A model generated the notes under the pieces. It did no database searches. It was not told where the DNA came from and was given only the letters and a program-made list of their open reading frames with translations. From Candidatus Woesearchaeota archaeon (lineage in GTDB: Archaea; Nanobdellota; Nanobdellia; Woesearchaeales; UBA12501), in contig JAWOBY010000066.1 in the NCBI GenBank assembly GCA_046484055.1, positions 18,928 through 82,927 on the forward strand: a DNA stretch of 64,000 nt. The letters run 5' to 3'. Made by a program: the position numbers and the translations under genes. Below are positions 9,716 through 20,367 of the stretch, piece after piece (position 1 is the stretch's first letter; each line of letters opens with the position of its first letter).

Positions 9716-10669
9716 CTAATATGTATGCCTTCCTGGCTGCCTGTGTATTGTCACATCCTTTGCTATTGAATTCCTGTAGCCGTAATCAAGCACTATGGAG
9801 AGCGAAGTCTTATATGCTTCATCCCCCAGGTCTCCCTCCCAATAGCAGATTGCGAATCCTCCTCCATTTGATATGCGGACAATATCCGGCTCGCACCTGA
9901 GCTGCTTGTCAGAGAACTCGGCCCTTACCCCCACCATGTCCACATCTGTCCTCTCAAGCTGTGAGTGGCATTCGCTTATGGGTGCTGTGGGCCTTATGAC
10001 TGTGCCTCCCCCCACATTCGCTATATTGACCTTGAACTGCACTCTTCTTCTGGAGCTCTGCTGTTCAACATTTGTTACTGCTACCGGAGCGCCCTGTGTT
10101 CCTCCTACCTGCGGGGCTCCAGCGACGCATACCTTTTCCTCATGGCTGACTCCGAAAGGGTCCGGATCTATACATACGCTTCCTGTCGCGTAAGTCCTGT
10201 ACTTGTAGCATGCTGTGGCCTTTATGGTCTGTCTGAATAGGTCCTGCTCGTTCGGCATGTTGGCGGAGGACACAGTAAAGGTGTGGGTGTTGATCATGTT
10301 CCCTTGGGGATTGAACTCGTCCTTGCCCTGCGCCCTTATCCCTGTGAGCATTGTCCTGTCAAAACGCAGATAGTTCCTGTCGAAACCGCTCAGGTGTATA
10401 TAACCCCCTTCGATATCATAGGCGCCCTTATTGGTGTATTCTATCGCCACGTCCATCCTGTCTCCTTCATATATGTCAGAGGGAGGGCTTCCTCTCACGA
10501 AATTGAGAACCAGCCCCTGGCTTCCTGTCCTGAATGTCTGCCTCTTTGATTGGTCCTCTTCAGGTTCAGTAAGGCCTGTGCATCCGAAGAGAGAAACCAG
10601 TATGCTGGCCATCAAAAGACCGATTAACAGACCAACCAATAATCTTTTTGCCCTCATTTTTCTACTCAT
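9716..10669 (-). CDS. Secreted lipoprotein, paralog B of the same family
   Basis: Signal peptide with lipobox SLFGCTG. Conserved blocks shared with paralogs A and C. The true start is probably the internal MRAKRLL. Confidence 0.6.
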   Translation of the reverse strand: MSRKMRAKRLLVGLLIGLLMASILVSLFGCTGLTEPEEDQSKRQTFRTGSQGLVLNFVRGSPPSDIYEGDRMDVAIEYTNKGAYDIEGGYIHLSGFDRNYLRFDRTMLTGIRAQGKDEFNPQGNMINTHTFTVSSANMPNEQDLFRQTIKATACYKYRTYATGSVCIDPDPFGVSHEEKVCVAGAPQVGGTQGAPVAVTNVEQQSSRRRVQFKVNIANVGGGTVIRPTAPISECHSQLERTDVDMVGVRAEFSDKQLRCEPDIVRISNGGGFAICYWEGDLGDEAYKTSLSIVLDYGYRNSIAKDVTIHRQPGRHTY

Positions 10670-10805
10670 TGATGCGGATATTATGATTTATGGACGCTTT
10701 CTTTATAAATATTTTTGTATGCCCGGCAGGTTATGCATTGATTTCTGAATCCGCTCTAAACCTATGAATTTTTATTGCCGAATACCCTGATCAATGTATA
10801 AGCTC

Positions 10806-11849
10806 TCAGGGCCTGTTCATCTCCACAGTCCTGGATATTGTCTGGCTGTAGCCGTAATTAAGCCTTACCTGCAGGGAGGTCTTATAACTCCCGTCCTCCT
10901 TGCTTATGATTCCTGGCTTAGTGGTGCAGATTATCCTGTCCTCATCCCCCCTTAGCTTGAGATTGACAGGCTCGCATCTTATATGGCCTGCCTTCATGGA
11001 ATATCCTGAGAATGATATGTCATCAATCCTCACTGTTTTTAAATCCTCATGGCTGAGAGGGGAGGCCGAGCATGCCTGCCTTACCTTTCCCGGACTCAAA
11101 ACAGTCCCTCTCCCTTTGTTAGATATATGTATTATGAACTGCGGCTTGATAGAATCATCCTCTCCTGCCATCATATTGACCTCGACCCTGTCAACAGAGA
11201 CCGGCGCCCCCTGCCCCCCTGAAAGTGATATATCCTCAACATTACAGGTTTTCTCCTGAGGGTTCATGTCATATATGTCCGTGTCAACACAGAAATCCCC
11301 GCTGGCGAAAGTCTCATACCCATAGCATGATGTGAAGGAGATGCTTGACTCGTGTGTCGTGCTCTGCCTCTCGAGGGGAAGGGCTTCAACATTCGCTAAA
11401 AAAACCTTATTCCCCCCTGAAGGGAGCATCTGCGATTTTCCGTCAAGATCAAATGAGACCTCCTCCCCGCTACCGCCTATCTGGTGTGCGTCCTTCTCAA
11501 GGTCCCATCCTTTTATCCTCATGTAATTATCCTCGACATTCAGGATCAGATAACCATTCTTTATGTCATGGGCCCCTTTATTATGCATTTCTATGCCTGC
11601 CTGGAAAGGCGCCACGCTGCCTTCCTCGGGAGCGATTATCTCTGAAGGGGGAGCATTCTTCAGGAAGGATACCTTCAACCCCTCAGTTCCAGTGTGTATC
11701 TCCACATCCTTTATGCCCTCATCAGGTTTTATGAGACTGCTGCAGCCCGCGGAAAGGATCATGCAGGAAATCATCACCAGGGCAAGGGCGGTTCCTGCTC
11801 CTCCTGCAGGCAGGGTCATGCCTGCTTTCAGCTCTTTAATTCTTATCAT
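10806..11849 (-). CDS. Secreted lipoprotein, paralog C of the same family
   Basis: Signal peptide with lipobox LSAGCSS. Conserved blocks shared with paralogs A and B. Its start abuts or overlaps the stop of the upstream 723 aa gene, suggesting an operon. Confidence 0.6.
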   Translation of the reverse strand: MIRIKELKAGMTLPAGGAGTALALVMISCMILSAGCSSLIKPDEGIKDVEIHTGTEGLKVSFLKNAPPSEIIAPEEGSVAPFQAGIEMHNKGAHDIKNGYLILNVEDNYMRIKGWDLEKDAHQIGGSGEEVSFDLDGKSQMLPSGGNKVFLANVEALPLERQSTTHESSISFTSCYGYETFASGDFCVDTDIYDMNPQEKTCNVEDISLSGGQGAPVSVDRVEVNMMAGEDDSIKPQFIIHISNKGRGTVLSPGKVRQACSASPLSHEDLKTVRIDDISFSGYSMKAGHIRCEPVNLKLRGDEDRIICTTKPGIISKEDGSYKTSLQVRLNYGYSQTISRTVEMNRP

Positions 11850-14017
11850 ACTACCTCCACGTTCCATTTCCTTTCCTCTATCAGCTCGCCCTCCTTGCTG
11901 ACTGCCTGGAAGGTTATAACCGCGCTGCCTGCCTCATCTGATGAGAATATGTAAGATGTCTGGTCAGGCGCTGTCTCCTCCTTGACACCTTTGACACCCC
12001 ATGCGTATGAGATATCGCCAGGGTCCTTCAGGGTTACAGAGAATACCTCTTTCTCGCCCTTATCAAGCGTAATTGAGGATGATGAAGGGCTGTAGGAGAA
12101 TGATGGCTCGGCTTTCTTCTCCTGGCCCTCGCCGCCGGGGGTGACATTCTCATCGACAAGAGGCTCTTTGATCATGACAGAAGTGGATTTCTCAAGCTCA
12201 TACACGTAATCAACTGTGGTCTTGAAGTATTTGGTGACGAGAGGGTATGATCCCATGAGCATATTTATGTTTTTAGGCCTTGCCCTGCAGGCTATCGAGT
12301 GATAACCTTTGACATTCTTTATGCTGTTCAGGCCGAGCCTCCCCTCCTCTGCCTGATCCTTTATGGTATAAACCACTGAATATTTCCCGTCCTCGCACTC
12401 ATCCTCCCGGCATGGCCTTTTCTCAAATGCATGATCGCAGTATATTATCTCAAGAGATTCAGGTATCTTTATTATGATATCATTGACTTCCTTTATCTTG
12501 CCCTCCCACCCATTCTCAAGGGTTATGCCTAGCTTTATGTCCTGGGAGCTGGTGGGGCTCACACCCATAGGTACCTCAGAGGTCTCCATGCCAAGGGATA
12601 TCGGTCCGTTGGTGTACGTCGCCGAGGGCTTCTTGTCCTTTATCTCATACTGGTCCAGAGGGTCTATCCCTTCCCTCCTCATCGACCTGAGCGTTTCCAG
12701 GTTCATGAAGTATCCTTTTATGTATGACATTGTGCGGAAGTTGAAATCCGCTTTGACAAAGATGCTATTGGGGCCTTCTTCAAAGAAGCCTGGAGGGAAT
12801 TCGCATGTTATGTATTTCTCCTCCTCTGTGCTGGTCTTCATAACGAACTCATCATCATCTGATGTCGGATCCGCATCCCCTTTCTCCTTCTTCAGCTCAT
12901 AGTCCTCCATCTTCTCGCCCCAGCATGATGCAGTGACAGTAATTGTCTTGTCAGGGTCAAGAGTCCTCGCCAGCAGGGTGGCCCAGACGACAACCACTTC
13001 ATTGGAATAGAATTCTCTGGTGACGGGCTTGACATCCTTCAGGTAAACGCCTATCGGCCGGTTCTTGCCCTGCTCCACCCGGCCGGTATAATAATCCCCT
13101 GTGGCGTATTGTATCTGTTTCTCTGCTGTTTTCCTGACCTTGGATGGTATGCCCACTATCACTTTCCAGGAGAGCTGAAGGCCCTCCTTGAATTTTTCAC
13201 CTATCGTATTGATTGTGCCTGCAGCGCCTGTCTGCATCTGTCCTATGTCGAAGTCAATGGCTATCGAATTCCATATGAGTGGTATGAGGAGCACAAGCAC
13301 GAAAAAGACATATGCTACTCTTGCCACCCTGACCACTCTTGTTGTGGGCATGCCGAACATTATCACGATTGGCCAGACAGGCACGAGGATGAGGATCGTC
13401 TTTATTGTCTCCTCTATATTGAGAAGGTTGAATATGAACTCATTCATCAGCAGGAGCGGCAGGAAGAAAGCTATGGCTGATATCACAAGAGGGGGCACTA
13501 ATGCCTTCATATCGCCTATGCCCTGCTCGTGCTGGCTGAATATGAAGAGCCAGGCGAAGATTGCAAACATAAGGAGTATGATTGCTCTTGTTTTGGTAAA
13601 AGAGAACATATAAGGTGCGATACCATACGGCCCTACATCTAAAAAATGCAGAGCGAAAGACGCGAAAAGAAGTATGTTTATGGCCATGAACAGCTTCTGG
13701 CTGATCCTCCACGCGCCCTTTGCCCCTTTATAAGCCAATGATCCTGCGCCTGCGACCGTCGCTCCAGCAGCCACTCCTTTGAGGCCCGCACCCCTTATCT
13801 GTTCAGGAGTGGGTGTTGCCCTTCTCACGCCCCCTGAGAATCTTCTTGCCGCTCCGCCCATCCTGCCTGCGGCAGGGCCCGCTTTTCCCGCAGCACCTCC
13901 CAGCTTGCCCTTTGCCGAGCTTAATTTGCCTGCGAGGCTTCCAAGCTTTCCTTTCGCAGCGCCTCCTGCGCCCTTGAATTTTGTCCCTGCCTTGAGCAGT
14001 GATTCTTTCCAGCCCAT
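11846..14017 (-). CDS. Large polytopic membrane protein with a G/A/K-rich N-terminal repeat region and a large extracytoplasmic C-terminal domain; unknown function
   Basis: 723 aa. The N-terminal ~100 aa are low complexity (KGKLGSLAGKLSSAKGKLGGAAGKAG). About 7 TM helices follow, then a ~480 aa soluble domain containing conserved Cys residues. No recognisable catalytic motifs. Confidence 0.55.
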   Translation of the reverse strand: MGWKESLLKAGTKFKGAGGAAKGKLGSLAGKLSSAKGKLGGAAGKAGPAAGRMGGAARRFSGGVRRATPTPEQIRGAGLKGVAAGATVAGAGSLAYKGAKGAWRISQKLFMAINILLFASFALHFLDVGPYGIAPYMFSFTKTRAIILLMFAIFAWLFIFSQHEQGIGDMKALVPPLVISAIAFFLPLLLMNEFIFNLLNIEETIKTILILVPVWPIVIMFGMPTTRVVRVARVAYVFFVLVLLIPLIWNSIAIDFDIGQMQTGAAGTINTIGEKFKEGLQLSWKVIVGIPSKVRKTAEKQIQYATGDYYTGRVEQGKNRPIGVYLKDVKPVTREFYSNEVVVVWATLLARTLDPDKTITVTASCWGEKMEDYELKKEKGDADPTSDDDEFVMKTSTEEEKYITCEFPPGFFEEGPNSIFVKADFNFRTMSYIKGYFMNLETLRSMRREGIDPLDQYEIKDKKPSATYTNGPISLGMETSEVPMGVSPTSSQDIKLGITLENGWEGKIKEVNDIIIKIPESLEIIYCDHAFEKRPCREDECEDGKYSVVYTIKDQAEEGRLGLNSIKNVKGYHSIACRARPKNINMLMGSYPLVTKYFKTTVDYVYELEKSTSVMIKEPLVDENVTPGGEGQEKKAEPSFSYSPSSSSITLDKGEKEVFSVTLKDPGDISYAWGVKGVKEETAPDQTSYIFSSDEAGSAVITFQAVSKEGELIEERKWNVEVV

Positions 14018-14443
14018 CTTACCCTCTTTTAATCCTCTTATCCAGCTTGCTGTATCTTCACGAGGCTATGCCCCCTGATCTGGTGTTCCGTCCGATATGG
14101 CCTGTCCGATGATACGCACAATCCCTGAACCAATACTAAACAGGCAGTTAGCTCAGCAGGTTTTACATCGCATCCGTTCCCTGGGTGCGTACCACTGTCC
14201 TTCATTTCTGAGGCACCCTTCATACCATGGGCGATATATGATTATGTAATCATGTCAAAACAGCTTTGAGCGGGCGGCCTGCACTCAGCTCTCCCTGGCA
14301 AGCACTTTCATGTTCACCACATCCAGCACTGTCTTGGGTTTTATCTCTATGACATTATTGCCTTCCCTTACCATGCTGTTTATGTTGAGGTCATAGGTCC
14401 TGTCCCTTGTGTCGATGCCCCTCTGGTGGTTGTTGACCCATAT

Positions 14444-15505
14444 CTACGCCTTCTTCTGCTCTGTGTCGCCCACGAACTCAAAGTAAAGAATTACATCAAT
14501 ATCCCCTTCTACAATATCATCATGTATCGACTTGTTTATCTCAAAATAGTAGGTGGGGTATACCATCTCTTTCAGATCGGTCTTCACCACTATGTTGTCT
14601 ATCAGGTATGATCCTTCTGTTGTGCTGAATTTGAGCTTGTTCTCGCCGCTCAGCAGGAGATGAGGCGACACCTCAAGGGGCCTGAGGATACCGCAGTCAG
14701 GCACTGACGAGTATATCCTGTTGTTGTTCAGCACTATCTCAAGAGGGCCCACTTCCTTGATGTCACAGTCAGGGAAGAACTTGACGAAAACCCTGTCAAG
14801 GTTGTTCTTCTCTGTGCCCGTCACCTGGAACACCAGCTCTGACTCCCTGGTGCTGACATCAGTGACATCAGCTGTTATCTTTATGTTCTCAAGTATGTAT
14901 TCGTTAGTGCGCCAGAACTTCCACCCGACGCCTGAGACCATGATCTCCAGAGTGTTATGGTCCTCAAGCAGCCTTTTCGGGAGCTTTATGGGTTCGGCAT
15001 TTGCAGAATTGAATTCATTATTGACGATCTCATTGCCGTTCAGCTTCATGATGAGCCTGCCCCTCCTGTTCTTGACATTGAATGAGAGCAGGATATCCTC
15101 AGTGTGCTCTATCTCGGGTATGGAGAATGTTAGATTCACCTTTGACTTGTCGAACCAGGCGTTCTTCACGTAGATGGACTGCCTGGACTGGAGAACCACT
15201 GCATCAGTGGTGGTATAGAGGTTCACTGACGGCAGTGTGTGCTCGACTTCCTTCTGCGATATATAATCAAGCCTGCCCGGACTCTCGACCAGGAGCGTGG
15301 AGTTCGGCCCTGACAATGAAGTGCCCCCTCCGCTGTCTGCCGTAGTGTTCTCATCAAGAAGCTCCGCCCTGTCCTCAGGGGGGATCATGAGTATGTATAT
15401 CACTATCAATGCCGCTATAACACCTACAAGAACCGCCGCGCTCGCGCCGCTAAGGCCTGAAGGCTGCCCTTTTTTTGACCTGATAAGCCTGATATCAAGC
15501 TTCAT
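14444..15505 (-). CDS. Membrane-anchored extracellular protein, possible class III (pilin-like) signal peptide
   Basis: Start set at MKLDIRLIRSKKGQPSG...AAVLVGVIAALIVIYILMI, a basic stretch with KKGQ followed by one hydrophobic helix. The remainder is beta-rich and extracellular. The track ORF starts further upstream, inside the divergent promoter region. Confidence 0.45.
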   Translation of the reverse strand: MKLDIRLIRSKKGQPSGLSGASAAVLVGVIAALIVIYILMIPPEDRAELLDENTTADSGGGTSLSGPNSTLLVESPGRLDYISQKEVEHTLPSVNLYTTTDAVVLQSRQSIYVKNAWFDKSKVNLTFSIPEIEHTEDILLSFNVKNRRGRLIMKLNGNEIVNNEFNSANAEPIKLPKRLLEDHNTLEIMVSGVGWKFWRTNEYILENIKITADVTDVSTRESELVFQVTGTEKNNLDRVFVKFFPDCDIKEVGPLEIVLNNNRIYSSVPDCGILRPLEVSPHLLLSGENKLKFSTTEGSYLIDNIVVKTDLKEMVYPTYYFEINKSIHDDIVEGDIDVILYFEFVGDTEQKKA

Positions 15506-15611
15506 ATCGGTAAAATAAATAGCTTTATATATAAATGTTTTTCTGTTTTCCCCTGAATCAGGCATTTCCGGCCCTGAATGAAGGGCCCCTGCTACATACG
15601 CCGAGGTGCAT

Positions 15612-16676
15612 ATGATGAAGGTTATCCATTCTGACTTCAGGAAAGGCGAAGTGAAGATTGCTGTTGACAGCCTTGACGATTTGTGGTATCTGAGCAACAT
15701 AATAGAGAACGGCGACACAGTGAAAGGTCAGACTGTGAGGAAGATAAAGCTCGGAGAAGAAGGGGACAGGAAGACGAGCATAAACAAGAGGAATGTATTT
15801 CTTTCAATCAGTGTGGAGAATGTTGAGTTCCATAAGTATTCAAACAGCCTCAGGATTTCAGGGGTGATAGCGGAAGGGCCTGAGGATGTTGCAAGAGGAT
15901 CCCACCACACATTCAATGTTGAAGAGGGCACAAAGCTGACAATACAGAAGGAGAGCTGGCCTGAATTCCAGAAGAAAAGGCTTAAGGAGGCATCCCAGCA
16001 GAAGGCCGCGAGCATACTGATCTGTATCATGGACAGGGAGGAGGCATACTTTGCGCTCATGAAAAGCTCAGGGTATGAGCTGCTCTCAACGATAAAAGGA
16101 GAGGTGGAGAGGAAGGACAGGGAATCGCAGAAGGGAAGGGATTTTTATGGCGAGATAATATCCGCGCTGAAGAACTATGATGAGAGATACAAGCTTGACA
16201 GGATAGTGCTGGCCAGCCCCGCCTTCTGGAAGGAGGACCTCATGAACTCTCTGAAGGATGAGGGGCTGAAAAAGAGGATAGTCCTGGCGAACTGCTCAAG
16301 CTCTGACGAGAAGGCATTCAATGAAGTGCTCAAGAGGCCTGAGGTGCAGGAAGCGCTGAGGCAGGACCGCATGACAAGAGAGATCAACAAGGTGGAGAGG
16401 CTGCTCGCAGAGATCTCCAAAGGAGGCCCCGCTTCTTACGGCCTGAGGCAGGTCGAGCAGGCGGCCGCAGCTGGCGCTGTGGAGGAGCTCCTCATAACAG
16501 ACTCATGCATAAATGATTCAAGGCAGTCCGGAGAGTATGAAATGATAGACAAACTCCTGAAGACAGCGGAATCCTCAGGGGGTGAGATCCACATGATAAG
16601 CTCTGAACATGACGGGGGGAAGAAGCTTGACGGACTCGGGGGCATTGGGGCGATGCTGAGGTACCGGATGGAATGA
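15612..16676 (+). CDS. pelA: Pelota/Dom34 mRNA surveillance protein
   Basis: eRF1-like domain architecture. The track ORF begins at a GTG, so the first in-frame ATG was used. Confidence 0.85.
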   Translation: MMKVIHSDFRKGEVKIAVDSLDDLWYLSNIIENGDTVKGQTVRKIKLGEEGDRKTSINKRNVFLSISVENVEFHKYSNSLRISGVIAEGPEDVARGSHHTFNVEEGTKLTIQKESWPEFQKKRLKEASQQKAASILICIMDREEAYFALMKSSGYELLSTIKGEVERKDRESQKGRDFYGEIISALKNYDERYKLDRIVLASPAFWKEDLMNSLKDEGLKKRIVLANCSSSDEKAFNEVLKRPEVQEALRQDRMTREINKVERLLAEISKGGPASYGLRQVEQAAAAGAVEELLITDSCINDSRQSGEYEMIDKLLKTAESSGGEIHMISSEHDGGKKLDGLGGIGAMLRYRME

Positions 16677-16753
16677 CACTGCCCATCATGCTATGTGCTG
16701 ATGCCATGGAATATGCAGGGGGCATCATCAGACAGGCATCTGGCGTCAAACTT

Positions 16754-17779
16754 TCATGCGCCAAGAAGCTCTCTAACCTCTCTCGCAATCATCCTTGCCT
16801 CATCAGTCCTCACCGTGAGGACATTCTTTATCCTGAGATGGCCAAGATACTTTCTTATCCTGTTCCTTATGGCAGCGCTGTTCTCACCAATCCCTCCTGT
16901 GAAAACAAGCATGTCTATCCCGTTCATGGCGGCCGCATACGCGCCTATGTATTTGGCGGCGCGATAGCAGAACACATCCACTGCCAGCTTCGCTTTCCTG
17001 CTCTTCGATTCCAGAAGTTTTCTCATGTCACTGCTGAGGCCTGATATGCCGAGCAGGCCTGATTCCTTGTTGAGCATATTGTGTATCCTTTTAGGGCTGT
17101 GTCCTTTTGCTGTCAGGAACTGCATTATCCCTGGATCTATGTCCCCGCTCCTCGTGCCCATCACAAGGCCTTCCAGAGGGGTCATGCCCATCGATGTGTC
17201 TATGCTCTTTCCGTTCCTTATTGCTGTTACAGAACAACCATTGCCCAAGTGGCAGGTAACTATCCTCTGCTTTCTTATGTCTTTCCTAAGCCTCCGGCAT
17301 GCCTCATGCGCGACATACTTGTGGCTCGTGCCGTGGAATCCATATCTTCTTATCCTGTGCCTGCCTGACACATCAGAAGGAATCGCGTAGGTATACGCCT
17401 TTTCGGGCATGCTCTGATGGAATGCTGTGTCAAAGACAGCGATCTGTGGCTTGTCGAATATCCTCCTGCATATCCTTATCCCCTCGATCTCTGAGGGGTT
17501 GTGCAAGGGCGCAAGATCAGAAACCTTCTCAAGTTCCTTCATCAGAGCGCTGTTTATCCTTTGGGGCCTCTCAATCCTTCCTCCGTGCACAACGCGGTGG
17601 CCGACAGCATCTATGCTTATGCCCTTCCTGCTTATGATGCCCGATACCTTCAGCATCACCTTCCTGAAGTCATCTTTCTTTTTCAGTCCTTCAATGATGC
17701 CCTTGATCATCCTTTTTTCGTTGTCAAACACCTCATACTTGACAGAAGAGGACCCCACATTGAAAACCAGCACTTTCAT
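16754..17779 (-). CDS. ackA: Acetate (propionate) kinase family protein
   Basis: N-terminus MKVLVFNVGSSSVKYEVFD. Motifs VGHRVVHGG, HLGNGCSVTAI and FTGGIGENSAAIR. Compact at 341 aa. Confidence 0.8.
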   Translation of the reverse strand: MKVLVFNVGSSSVKYEVFDNEKRMIKGIIEGLKKKDDFRKVMLKVSGIISRKGISIDAVGHRVVHGGRIERPQRINSALMKELEKVSDLAPLHNPSEIEGIRICRRIFDKPQIAVFDTAFHQSMPEKAYTYAIPSDVSGRHRIRRYGFHGTSHKYVAHEACRRLRKDIRKQRIVTCHLGNGCSVTAIRNGKSIDTSMGMTPLEGLVMGTRSGDIDPGIMQFLTAKGHSPKRIHNMLNKESGLLGISGLSSDMRKLLESKSRKAKLAVDVFCYRAAKYIGAYAAAMNGIDMLVFTGGIGENSAAIRNRIRKYLGHLRIKNVLTVRTDEARMIAREVRELLGA

Positions 17780-17902
17780 TTTTCATCCACCACCTTTTAC
17801 GGCCTTCTTCATCAGCAGTATCGAATAGTATCATCCGGCAGTGTATATAAATTTTTTCAATGTATGCGATGCATGCCTTTCAAAAGATTTAAATAAAAAG
17901 CA

Positions 17903-19915
17903 GTGGAGGGACTATCTATCATGGGAGATGAGAGGGGGCCTTCAGGTCCTGAAGAGAAAGAGGAAAAAGAGGTGCTGAGCGGGGGGGCGCATGATAGGTT
18001 TCCCCCTCCCGAATGGTTCAGGCAGAAGGCCCGCATAAAAAGTTTTGAGGAGTATGAGAGGGAATACAACAGATCAATAGAGGATCCTGATTCTTACTGG
18101 AAAGACAAGGCGGAACAGATTGACTGGTTCGAAAAGAAAGACGGAAAGATATACTTCTGGGACGAAAAGGAGAGTATCTGCAAGTGGTTTGAGGGATGGA
18201 AGCTCAACGCATGCTACAACTGCATTGACAGGCACCTTGCTGACAAGGGGGAAAAGACAGCGATAATCTGGCAGGGCGAACCTGAAGATGATAAGAGGAC
18301 CTTCACGTACAAGGAGCTGCACAGGGAGGTGTGCAGGTTCGCCAATGTGCTAAAATCAAAAGGCGTAAAGAAAGGTGACAGGGTATGCGTCTATCTTCCT
18401 ATGATACCTGAGCTTGCGATAAGCATGCTCGCCTGCGCAAGGATAGGGGCGGTCCATTCCGTTGTTTTTGCTGCGTTCAGCCCCGCCGCATTGAGGGACA
18501 GGATTGATGATTCAAAAGCAAAACTCCTTATCACCGCAGACGGCAGTTTCAGGAAAGGCAGGGTGTATCCGATAAAACAGAATGCTGATGAGGCCCTAAG
18601 TGAGGGATGCGGAAGCATAGAGAACGTGATCGTGGTCAGAAGGACAGGAAGCGAGACAGACATGAAAGAGGAGAGGGACACCTGGCTGGACGAGGAGATC
18701 AAGGTTGTGTCTGATGAGTGCGAGGCAGAAGAGATGGACGCAGAGGATATGCTGTTCATACTCTACACCAGCGGGACCACAGGCAAGCCTAAGGGCGTTG
18801 TCCACACCACAGGAGGGTACCTGCTTTACGCCTACCAGACATTCAAGTGGGTGTTTGATATAAGGGATGAGGATATATACTGGTGTACTGCTGACATCTG
18901 CTGGATAACAGGCCATAGTTACATAGTTTACGGGCCCCTGGCGAACGCCGCCACCACTGTGATGTTTGAAGGGGCCCCGACATATCCCGAGCCTGACAGG
19001 TTCTGGAAGATCGTTGAGGACCTTAAAGTAAGCGTATTCTACACTGCTCCCACTGCAGTGAGAGCGCTTGCAGCAGAGGGCGATGAATGGCCAAAAAAGC
19101 ATGATCTCAGCAGCCTGAGACTACTGGGCAGTGTGGGCGAGCCCATAAACCCTGAGGCGTGGAGATGGTATCATGATAATATAGGGAGAGGGGAATGCCC
19201 AATTGTTGACACGTGGTGGCAGACAGAGACAGGTGGGATAATGATAACTCCTCTTCCTGGAGCGATGGATCTCAAGCCGGGATGCGCGATGAAGCCTTTT
19301 CCAGGCGTCAATCCTGCAGTGCTGAGGGAAGACGGCTCTGAAGCAGAGAGGGAAGAGAATGGTTATCTCGTGATAAAACAGCCATGGCCGGGAATGCTGA
19401 GAACATTATACAACAACCATGAGAGATTCAGGGAAACATACTTCTCAAGGTTCAGGGGGATGTATTTCACAGGGGACGGCGCTAAGAGAGACATCGAGGG
19501 GGACATCTGGCTGATGGGAAGGATTGATGATGTCATAAATGTCTCAGGTCACAGGGTGGGCACTGCAGAGATTGAAAGCGCACTGGTGAAGCATGGTGAT
19601 GTCGCTGAAGCTGCGGTCGTGCCTTACCCCCACAAGATAAAGGGAAGTGGGATCTATGCCTTTGTCACGCTCAACAAGGGTGTGGAGAAGAGCGAAGACC
19701 TGAAAAAATCCCTTACTGGACTGGTTTGTGATGAGATAAGCAAGGTCGTAAAGCCGGATAAGATACAGTTCTCTGATGCCCTGCCCAAGACAAGATCAGG
19801 CAAGATAATGCGGCGCATACTCAGGAAGATAGCTGAAGGATCACAGGATATAGGGGATACGTCAACGCTTGCTGACCCTTCAGTCGTTGATAAGCTGCTT
19901 GAAGAGAGGCAATGA
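17903..19915 (+). CDS. acs: Acetyl-CoA synthetase (AMP-forming)
   Basis: 670 aa. AMP-binding motif [13 protein letters not shown]-terminal RSGKIMRR. The start could instead be the Met at 17921. Confidence 0.9.
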   Translation: MEGLSIMGDERGPSGPEEKEEKEVLSGGAHDRFPPPEWFRQKARIKSFEEYEREYNRSIEDPDSYWKDKAEQIDWFEKKDGKIYFWDEKESICKWFEGWKLNACYNCIDRHLADKGEKTAIIWQGEPEDDKRTFTYKELHREVCRFANVLKSKGVKKGDRVCVYLPMIPELAISMLACARIGAVHSVVFAAFSPAALRDRIDDSKAKLLITADGSFRKGRVYPIKQNADEALSEGCGSIENVIVVRRTGSETDMKEERDTWLDEEIKVVSDECEAEEMDAEDMLFILYTSGTTGKPKGVVHTTGGYLLYAYQTFKWVFDIRDEDIYWCTADICWITGHSYIVYGPLANAATTVMFEGAPTYPEPDRFWKIVEDLKVSVFYTAPTAVRALAAEGDEWPKKHDLSSLRLLGSVGEPINPEAWRWYHDNIGRGECPIVDTWWQTETGGIMITPLPGAMDLKPGCAMKPFPGVNPAVLREDGSEAEREENGYLVIKQPWPGMLRTLYNNHERFRETYFSRFRGMYFTGDGAKRDIEGDIWLMGRIDDVINVSGHRVGTAEIESALVKHGDVAEAAVVPYPHKIKGSGIYAFVTLNKGVEKSEDLKKSLTGLVCDEISKVVKPDKIQFSDALPKTRSGKIMRRILRKIAEGSQDIGDTSTLADPSVVDKLLEERQ

Positions 19916-19976
19916 ACACATCTCATGCGCACACACAGCCGAAAAATTTGATCAAAACGATGCCGGAAGATTGCTG

Positions 19977-20243
19977 ATGTCTCTGGAAAAAATAAGGGTG
20001 ATGGTGCAGCAGGCTGAATTCATGAGCCAGGATGACATAGAAGAGATAAAGGAATGCATAGGCCTTCTGAAAAAGAGTGAATGTTCTGATGGCAGGGTTC
20101 TTGAAGAGCATTTCTTCACAAAAGAGTTTGGTTTCCCAAAAGACTGGAAAGAATACAAATGGTATGTTGTCCAGATGCTGGACGAGTATTGTATAGTGAC
20201 TCCTGAGGAAGCAAGGAAATTCTATGACAGGGGCCTCATATAA
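19977..20243 (+). CDS. Hypothetical small protein
   Basis: The ORF has typical local codon usage. Its track start overlaps the acs 3' end, so the internal Met was chosen. No homology recognised. Confidence 0.3.
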   Translation: MSLEKIRVMVQQAEFMSQDDIEEIKECIGLLKKSECSDGRVLEEHFFTKEFGFPKDWKEYKWYVVQMLDEYCIVTPEEARKFYDRGLI

Positions 20244-20367
20244 TCCAGGGCATCAGAGCGCTCTCAATGGAAAGGGATTGAGGGAAGGGCGAACCTGATG
20301 GGGGTGGGATGGTGAATGTGAATGGGATTTATGAATGGGTTTTACAAGAGCGGACGCATTCGCCTCG

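Noticed and set aside
12474-13613. Plus-strand ORFs of 120-140 aa inside the 723 aa membrane protein gene
   Set aside because: Embedded antisense ORFs. The minus-strand frame is continuous with TM periodicity.
14038-14223. 61 aa minus-strand ORF upstream of the 723 aa gene
   Set aside because: Short and without motifs. It lies in the probable promoter region, and its composition is unlike neighbouring genes.
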